Shown here: one piece after another, positions 1 through 8,234 of the stretch
How positions within the stretch are numbered: position 1 is the first letter of the stretch
Layout: the number at the start of each line of letters is the position of its first letter
Origin: Peribolospora baueri
Lineage: Eukaryota
DNA: 20,782 bases
Direction of reading: 5' to 3'
Assembly: GCA_029717555.1 (NCBI GenBank)
Contig: JAMDHS010000059.1
Span: forward strand, 124,001 to 144,782
Position numbers and translations under genes: made by a program
The notes under the pieces: model-generated
What the model saw: only the letters and a program-made list of their open reading frames with translations
Database searches by the model: none
Told to the model about the DNA's origin: nothing

Positions 1-30
1 GTCGTCATCGTCATCACGTCCCTCGCTCAT

Positions 31-304
31 CAGCTCAGCTCAGCTCTCCGCCGGACGCAAGCAAGCCGCTCCGGGGAAAGAGCGAGGACGATGGCGTGCC
101 CCTTTGCCCACTCCCTCCGTCTCCGTCTCCGTCGCCAGGCCTCGGCGACGGGGATCGAGAATAGAAAACACTGAAAACCGGGGTACGGCGGAAGGTATGT
201 GGTTGTGTGGATTGGCGCTGCCTCTAAGGGATTAGAGGACGGGTAGACCGAAAGTGGTTCGACGGTGATTACTGTCTCACTCCTGCCTGCCTGCCTGCCT
301 GCCT
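31..304. repeat. Cluster of short tandem repeats upstream of the mannoprotein gene
   Basis: (CAGCT)3 at 31-45, (CTCCGT)3 at 115-132 and (CCTG)5+ at 282-304, read directly. Confidence 0.75.
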
Positions 305-534
305 TCTCCCTCCTCCTCCCCTCTCTATCCACCCTTGGTCGCCGTCGCCGGTGGTTCCGAACCACCGCCGCCGTCGTCCCACACGGCGTCGAGAGCCGTT
401 CGTTCGCCGTCTGACGGTTCGGCGCTCCACGCTCGTCGCCGTGCGCTCGCACTTTACCCCTTAGCGCCAGTCTATGCCAACCCAGAGCGTTTCTCGCTGT
501 TGGCCATGGTCACCGAGCGCACTGCCTCCAGAGA

Positions 535-537
535 GAC

Positions 538-570
<33 letters not shown>

Positions 571-616
571 GGGCGACGGAGAACGACACACTGACTGACC
601 GGCTCACTCACTCACT
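535..616 (+). repeat. (GACT/GACG)n microsatellite followed by (CTCA)n
   Basis: GACG GACT GACG GACT GACT GACT GACT GACT GACT at 535-570, ACTGACTGAC at 590-599, and ctcactcactcact at 603-616. Confidence 0.85.
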
Positions 617-800
617 CGCCCTCCTCCTGCCGCCCCCTCTTCTGACAGCAGCAACAGCCCACCTCTCGTTTCTGCCTCTCGCTCACCATCATCTACCTCA
701 CTTCCATTGCCCCATTGCCCCCTCTCCCCCCCGCCCATCTCATTACCCGGAACGACGACCGCCTTCGTCCTCGTCGCTGTAGCGTACTCTTCTTTCTCAG

Positions 801-955
801 GTATGACCGCACGCCCGCCCCTCTCTCTCCGCTTGGCCTGCCTTTCCTTTGCCCTGTGCAGGACAGGTGACCGACCGTCCGACCGACCGCTTGCTGACGG
901 ACTGGCAATGCGCTCTCCATGCCCTTCTTCCTGTGGGACGCTCTTCGTTCGCCAG
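801..955 (+). other. Probable 5'-UTR intron of the mannoprotein gene
   Basis: CAG|GTATGA donor at 801, branch-like GCTGAC at 893-898, pyrimidine-rich tract, and CAG at 953-955 (alternative CAG at 961-963). Its removal eliminates all ATGs (803, 908, 919) between 649 and the start codon. Confidence 0.55.
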
Positions 956-1088
956 ACTTACAGACATTCACTACTTGGTCCCAGCACCACCCCAACACGC
1001 TCTTTGCTCCTCCGTCTCCCCCTCCCTCTAGACATTCCTCCCTCGGCTCTAGACGAGTCTTCCCTCGCACACAACTGACTCTCTCGCC

Positions 1089-2635
1089 ATGAAGTCCGCC
1101 GCTGCCTCCCTCGCTTTTGCCGTCGCAAGCGCCCAACTCGCGGCCGCTCAGTTCGGTATCAGCCAGTACAGCGCGACCTAGTGAGTGGGCCGCCGCCGCC
1201 GTCTGTCTGTCTGTCGGTCGTGCCGTCGTCTGTTGTTCTACCCCTGTCTCCTGTCCTCATCCGTCTTGCTTCTCCATCGCGCCACCAGCACCTACGCCTC
1301 GAGCGCCCCCTCCGGCCTCCCCGACAACACTGAAAAGGGACAGATTGGCACCAACAAGTGCGGCTCTAACTCGAACGAGAACAGCTTGTGCCAGAACGCT
1401 TTCATCAATGCGGTACGTAGCGTGGACAAACAAACGGTCGTGACAGAATCCAGTTTTACTCACTGAGACACGTCTATCGCCCGCGGTACGAACGGACACG
1501 TCTTCCGGAACGTATTCACATCACAGGTCGACGACTTCTGCCTCTGGGCTCGTGAGTGTCGTTCGTGGAGAAGGCACGCAACCTCTCGCTCATACGTTTT
1601 CTCCTTCCCCCCTTTTTCCACAGCCCCCTTCTCCAACGGCCAGAACGCCACGATCGGCCAGACGGAGGAGGAAGAGGTGGCCTGGTGCACCAAGAAAGGC
1701 TACGGAACCCGTCTGATCCCTGACGGCACCATCACCGGTGCCCACTTCGTCAAGACGCCTGACTACGTTCAGATCACCGGCGTGGGCGACTTGACCAAGA
1801 TGGGCATCCCCGCCAACGACGGCGGTGGAGAGCTCGACCCGCACGGCGCGACTGGCAACGGCAACCCGGTGGGAGGCCTCGTGTTCACCAACGCCTTCTC
1901 CAAGGACAAGAGCTACGAGCAGATCCACGAGTGGACCAACTTTATGGCCTACAACGAGTTCTGCTTCCGCGCTTGCACCGGCCCCAACGCTGCTGCGCTC
2001 TGCCAGCACATTTACGACGAGATGGGTTGCGACTGGGTGTAGGTTATCCCATCCATCCCCATCCCCCATACCCCTTAACCCTTTCAATCGACTGACCATC
2101 CCTCGCTCTTCATCCGTATGGCTGACTCGCTGGCTCGCTGGCTCGCTGGCCCACGCCCCCCCTCCTCCCCCACAGCATGCCAGCCAACTACGACCCCAAC
2201 GTGTTCGAGACGTGCGAAGGTGACAGCAACCAGCCTCCCGGCCTGTACACCGTGAGCGGCAAGGTGTCGACCTTCAGCCAGGGCCAGCCCGCGACGCCGT
2301 TGGCGCACCCCAAGCCGTCCTCCTCCAACTGCAACACCGTCTCCTCCCTCTCCAACGGCGCCTCCTACACTGTCCCCGGCATGGCCGCCGCCTCCTCCGG
2401 TGCTGCCGGTGGCATGACCACCGTCGCCGGCGGCGCCGGCGCTGCCTCCACCAAGGCCGGCTCCTTCGGCCCCGCTCAAACCGGCTCGAGCACGGGCTCG
2501 AGCTCGGGTTCGTCTGGCTCTCAAGCCTCGACGAAGAACGCCGCCACGGCGGGCTTGGCTGTGGACGTAAAGGCGCTCAGCGGCTTTGCTGTCGTCGTTG
2601 CTGGCGTCGTCGGCGCCTGCGCCGTCATGCTCTAG
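1089..2635 (+). CDS. Secreted, probably GPI-anchored Cys-rich mannoprotein, Cryptococcus MP88 / 'macrophage-activating glycoprotein'-like family (~371 aa, 5 exons)
   Basis: Exons 1089-1180, 1289-1412, 1527-1551, 1624-2038, 2176-2635 join in frame (1116 nt) via GT..AG introns. N-terminal signal peptide MKSAAASLAFAVASAQLAAAQ. Family-typical motifs GQIGTNKC, CQNAFINAVDDFCLWAPP, EVAWCTKKGYGTRLIPDG, TPDYVQITG, GGELDPHGA-GNGNPVGGLV, EWTNFM, CQHIYDEMGCDWVMP. Then an S/T/G/A-rich stalk and a hydrophobic C-terminus after a plausible omega site (KNAA). Confidence 0.88.
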
Positions 2636-3173
2636 ACGACCCACCCCCCTTCGTCGCGCTGAATCGAGACATCCATCGTTTCATCTTTCTAGACATGCCA
2701 GCTTACACATACACACACCACCCGATGCTCGTCCTCCCTACCGACTCTCGGTAAGATGGCAAACGAGTAGATAAGAGCAGACTTTTCCTCCATCTCGTGC
2801 CGTCTCCTTCCCTCCCCCCCGGTCGTCTCGCCGGTGAAGAATATTCTCTACCCACCCTACCCCTCATCTCCCCCTTCTTGCAATCTCGTTATTTACCCAC
2901 ACCAACTTGCCCACTTGCTCCGCATATCGCTTCGACTTTTGCGCGTGCGTCCTTCCCCTTTGTCATCCATCGCCAGCTCTTTCAGCCGGCGATGCATTAT
3001 TATTTTTCCCGAAGAGCGGAAGGAGTGGAGAGGGGATCATTTTCCTCGCGTCCCTGCTCGCTCGCCGGCTCCGTGACTTTTTTTTTTGCAATGGAAGAAC
3101 ATTTGTTTCCTTTCCGCGTGTCCACGCAGAAGGCTGAGCTGAACCTCTGCAAGACGACTTCTCGTTGCCAGTA

Positions 3174-3794
3174 CAGTCAGACTTGTCTGTTAGCATACGG
3201 ATCCCTAGGTATGCTTTCGCATAGTGCATAGCGATCTCCCTTTCCCGTTTGCTCCCCAGCCAAAAATTGACGAATCCCAGCCAAAACACTGCTCTATATG
3301 CATACTAAACATACCCGCATATTGCAAGCACTGACACCGGTGCCTCCTTACCAGGTATGCACCCTCGGCATGCATAGTTAGGATTGAGGGTCACGAGCAT
3401 CCTCGTGGTGTTGGAGATTGGGGGCGACGAGCACCGGGTTACGCGGCTGAAACAATAACGCACCAGTAACGTCCACTTTCGTCCATCCACCGCCAGTTCT
3501 AACATTACTACGCGTGGGTGCTTGTCCGCGTTTCACCATCTCTTTCAAAGAACATGTCAACAAGCAGCGTAAACAAACCGATCTTCGACAATTCTTTTCT
3601 GCACACGCTTCTTCTTGAACATGGTTGTGTTATGACGTGTACATACTCTATAGTAAAGCTTGGAATTCATGTCTTGATAGACGCTATCGACTGTGGCAAC
3701 GACTGCGGCAAATATGCATAGACCCTCTCAGGGTAGTCTCCCTCCCCCATACTGCATAGCCCTCAACTCTTATGCTTATAGACACGGTTGACTC
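3174..3794. mobile_element. Non-autonomous Tc1/mariner-superfamily DNA transposon (MITE-like), copy A, 621 bp
   Basis: Flanked by TA (3172-3173) and TA (3795-3796). Left end CAGTCAGACTTGTCTGTTAGCATA; right end TATGCTTATAGACACGGTTGACTC (reverse complement GAGTCAACCGTGTCTATAAGCATA), an imperfect ~24-bp TIR. Homologous end to end with 16027-16676. No transposase ORF. Confidence 0.85.
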
Positions 3795-4033
3795 TACCTG
3801 CATCGAACGGCAGTCTTCACGTCTCCGCGTCCTTTTATAGCACTCGCACCAACACGTATGTAAACGGATCCAGAAGAAAGTGTGTGGAAATGGTCAAAAG
3901 CAAGCTTGTACAGGGGAAAGTCGACTCAGAGTCGTCTTGGGTGGGTGGCCAGAGATTACACATCCGCAGTGGGACTTTACACGCGGTCCGCAGGTTGAAA
4001 GACGAAAATCTCGTATGGGACGAATTCTACCTC

Positions 4034-7000
4034 TCACGCCCCTAACCTCTCCTCGAACAGGTCGGGATGTTCGGCCGGAGAGGCGAGCGAGTCGGCCAAC
4101 TTGTCCCTCTTGGCCTCGCGCAAGTCTGAGCGCCACCGGTCGACGACGGGCCCCACTAGATTGGGAGCGTATGTGCGCGCGAAGAGGGCCGACTCGGGGA
4201 CTCGGTCGGTGTCGACGAGGAGGTCGGCACACGACTTGGAGTCACCGAGTTGCAGGTACGAGGCAAAAGCGATATTCGTTTGGCCTTGAGAGACTACGAG
4301 CGGCCGTGAGAGAAGAGGAAGAAGACGTGATTGGTCTTGACAACGAACTGCATTGGGATGAAAACGTCGTGCAGAGAAACTCACCAGCCAGGTCAGCCAC
4401 TTCCTTCAATGACTCCCTATCGCCCTTGCTGGTGGCGACCAACAACAACGCGCTAAGGTCGCCGGCGCGCTTGAAACAATCCTGAGCGAGGTCCACGTCC
4501 CAAGCTGCGAGCGCCTTGTCGCCGAGCGTCCTCCATCGAGGCTCAGAGCCCGCTTCTGGCGAGGAGCGAGCGATCTCCAGTGCGGTGGAGAAGTCGTCGA
4601 GGGAGATGGCAAGGTCGAACTTGTGATCCGTGTCCGTTGATACCTGAAGGGCCAGTTCCTTGAAACCTGCAGAACGCGGACACGGCCGATGGGAAGAAAT
4701 GGGTGAGTGGGGCTCACGCAGAAGGAAGCTATGTAAAAGAAAGGTCAAGGAACTGTCTTGCGCTCACCCTCCACCTCCAAGAACCTGGCCATACGGTTCC
4801 TCTCCGCCGGAGGGACACTGGGTAGAATCTCCGCGGCGGCCTCCATTTCACCACGCAGCACGGCAGTTTGGTACTCGATCACGGCGAGCGAGAGGGAGTA
4901 ACTGTAGAAGTTTACGTCCTTGTCGACAAGGTAGACTCGGCCGTGGGCGGGAAGGTAGCCGAGAAGGTACATCGGCCTGAAAGACGAGCAGAGTACAAGA
5001 AAGATGAGTGTCTGCGAACGAGATGAGACGACACGTGGAAAGGGGCGGTACACTCACTTGTCAAAGTGGTTGACCGTCGTCGTCTGATCGCCGACGAGGT
5101 AGTTCAACCTGTTGGTGGCATTGGTGTAAATAAGGCAATCACCCGTCCATTTGGCCGTGCGGATGCTCTCGGACACTTCAGCAACGACCTCGAAAGCCTC
5201 TTCGACGCCCTCGTCGCCGACGTCGTTGCCAGCATCAACATAGTCAGCGTAGGCTGCGCGGTCAAATTGGAGCACATAGAAGGACTCTTCCGAGGCGATG
5301 GCGACGAGCGCATTGGTTTGCGACCAGAGGACCTGCAATGGAGGAGCAAGTCGGAAAAAACATATGAGCCAGCTGGCCTCCGAAATGAGAGCGGAGACTT
5401 CCCAAACACTTCCCGAACATTTCCCAAACTCACATTCGTAGCCTCGACATCGACCCTGCGCACGAGTCCACCGGTTTCCCAATCGTAGAAGCAAACAAAG
5501 CCGTTCCCTCTAACAGTGAGCAGAGCTCCTCCATACACCTCCTCCACGGCGAAGCCTGCATTAACGAGCCCGACACGCTCCTTAAAGTTACGGAAGACCT
5601 TGACGCGAGAACCAGATTCGCGGATGGCGTAGGTGTTGCTGTCCGAGGCCCAAGCGAAGCCGAGCGCGTTGCCGAACGCTTTGTTGCGCCAGGCGAGCGC
5701 CGTGTAGATGATATACTCCCCGTCACCACATACGGTTACGAACCTGGTGCGAACGAGACAGGCAGTGCCAGTAAATATGGCAGTCGGGTCAGAATCCAAG
5801 TCAAATTTCGTGTCATTCTCGTTCACTCACCGGCCGTTGGGGCTGTGCTGCAGGAGCTGAGGGAAGACCTCGGTCGTGCTCAAGTCCTTGATGGGGATGG
5901 CCAAGCGTTGTCCGTCGACAACATCCTCGTCTGTCGACGAAGAGTGCGAGAGACAGGTATTTTCACCATAAGCTCACGCTCGTTGCCACCAATAAGCCGT
6001 CCTTGGCACGACGCCAACGGTCAACGATGCTCACCAAGCTGCTGTACGCTCGCGCTCCTGACCTCCGCATTCCGGGTCCACACGATCTTGCCCTGGCCGT
6101 CCATGCTAGCCGTCGGCTCCTCCCTGCCGACCTTAATGACGACGGCTCCCTCGTCAAAGCCGAAAGCAACATCATTACCCACGCGACGGTAGGCAATACA
6201 CCAAGCACGCTCGAGACCATAGTTGAGGGTGTTCTCGAGGCGATAGGTGGATGAGTGCCAGAGCTTGATGGTACCATCCTCAGAACCGGAGACGATGAGA
6301 GGGAGAGAGGGGTGGAAGATAGCGAACGAGACGTTGGAGGTGTGGCCGGAGAGCTGTTGAACGCAGGACTTTGAGTGATAGTCCCAGATTTTGATAAGTC
6401 TGTGCGGAGCAGAAAGGAAGAGAGATGGTAAGCGCAGCTCAAGCGCCGAAACGAACCCTTGAGGCAAAAGCTCTCTCTCACCGGTCGTCGCCCGTAGTGA
6501 GAATGTACGGCTTATCAGCGCCGTGGTAGTACTCGACATAGTTGACGCCCTTATCGCAGGCGTCCAACGTGAAGTTGGCCGTCGGACTTCCGAGTGACCA
6601 GACCTTGACAGTACGGTCAAGACAGGAGGAGGCGAAGGTGTTGCTGTCTTTCGGATTGAAGGCGAGGTTCATGATGTAATGCGTGTGGCCTTCGAAGGTC
6701 TACGCGGTTGACGAGCGTAGAGAAAAGATTTCAGCTCGTGTGGCTAGCATGGATAACCTATGCAAAGGCGGCCCCCCCTCCCCCCAAGTAGCTATGGTTG
6801 CTCACCTGCATGCACTTCCACCCCTTCTCCCAGTCCCACAACTTGATCGTCATGTCATCGCTTCCCGTCAACACGAACGGCTGGGTGGGGTGCACAGCAA
6901 GACAGCGAATGTAGTCCGGGTGGGCCTCAATGGCGACGACCTTCTCCGAGGTGTTATAATTGAACACTCGCAGATGCATGTCGTCTGAACCGGTGATGAT

Positions 7001-7546
7001 CCAGTTGCGTCGAGCGATGAAGCGGACGGCGCGGACGGGGACTGGGGGGTAAGGATGGCAAGAGAACAGAGATTTTAAGTTTCTTCAGCCACGCCGTAAA
7101 GTGCCTGCTTTATTCTAGTTAAGTGAGATCGACGCCGTAGTGGCTACTTAGCTCACCCTCGGACACGTCGAAGTCCTTCACCAGCGCCCCAGTGGTGTAG
7201 TTCTAAAGCGGCAAGAGAATAAGGGGTTTAGAGCGTAGAAAGGTCAACACTCGGTCACTCTGCGCAGCCGCGTGCTGAACCTCCGACTACAAGGCTCACA
7301 TAGATGAGGGCCTTGCCATCGTAGCAGCCGAGGAGCACCCATTCAAGGTCGGGGTGGAAGTCGATGGCTGCGTGGAAGAAGACGAAGGTGAACGTAGAGA
7401 GCGAGCATGGGCATGCAAGAACAAACGAGATGAGTAGCATGCAAAGGCCCATCGCCCCCTGCGCAATACACGGCCGGACCAAGCGTTTGCTCACACTTCA
7501 CGCGGGCCGTCCGAAGGAAAGCGAGGCGTGCGACCTGGAGCTGCAT
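4034..7546 (-). CDS. SEC27: Coatomer (COPI) subunit beta' (~806 aa, 12 exons)
   Basis: Exons (minus strand) 7546-7495, 7367-7300, 7202-7157, 7041-6806, 6699-6482, 6399-6035, 5930-5831, 5743-5434, 5332-5058, 4976-4768, 4666-4385, 4293-4034 sum to 2421 nt in frame. Hallmarks: [129 protein letters not shown]. Confidence 0.96.
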
Positions 7547-8234
7547 GGTGGCTAGCTAGCGGGGTCGGTGGAGAGGGGGGAGGGAAAGCAAGCGGGCCCA
7601 ATGCGTATGGCGCCAAGCCGGCCAGCGACGGAAGGTGAGAGAGAAGAGAGAGAAGGAAGAAAAAGGGATGGAAGCCGAGTATGAAGATGATCTGATCTGG
7701 ATGGGGATGGACTCGGTGGATTGGCTGGCCGACGGGAAACGCCATGTGGCCGGCCAGCCCGCAGCATGAGGGCATCACGTGACCGGGTGACGCGAGGCCG
7801 CGTACGGGCGAGGCGAGGCGAGGCGAGGCGAGCAGATCGGGTGTCAGGCAATCGACGACCAGCCCACCTCTTGCCATCGACTCAGCACATCTCTCTCACA
7901 TCGTCCACTCCTCAACGACGTGGACGTGGAAGCGGCCCCTCGCGTTTGGCTTGCCGCGCCGTATTAGCGTTAGTGCAGCTCGCTCCGCTCTCTCTTCGGG
8001 ACGATTCAACAGTCTCCTCGACGGCATCGCGAGCTCCCTTCTCGGGCCGATCGCTGACGTTGGAGACAACACCGCGACGACCGGCACTCGTCGCACCTAC
8101 CTGGCCCGCCCTCGACGCGAGAAGGAAAGGAGGGAGGAAGGTCGCTTTCCCGCTCGTGCGTCCCCATTTGCGCCCACCCACCGCTTTGTTGGAGAGCTCC
8201 ATTGAAGGCTCGTTTCTCGCATAAACAACCAAGC
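7547..8234. promoter_or_regulatory. Divergent promoter region between SEC27 and the large uncharacterised gene
   Basis: Head-to-head gene arrangement. Contains palindromic TCACGTGA (7775-7782), (GGCGA)5 at about 7807-7831, and GACGTGGACGTGGAAG (7917-7932). Confidence 0.6.

Noticed and set aside
30..1136. Minus- and plus-strand ORFs in the first kilobase
   Set aside because: They are translations of microsatellites and pyrimidine tracts with no codon or domain signal; the region is better explained as the mannoprotein promoter and leader.
3305..3721. Small ORFs shared by both element copies (e.g. VRVSPSLSKNMSTSSVN) as a transposase remnant
   Set aside because: No HTH or DDE/DDD motif is recognisable, and the frames are broken differently in the two copies.
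3174..3794. RIP-like hypermutation of the repeats
   Set aside because: Transitions dominate but occur in mixed contexts and in both directions, alongside transversions and indels, and CpA/CpG remain plentiful. Two copies cannot establish RIP.
6766..6786. G-quadruplex in SEC27 intron 4 (G-runs on the minus strand)
   Set aside because: Only two long G tracts, which is unremarkable in this GC-rich genome.
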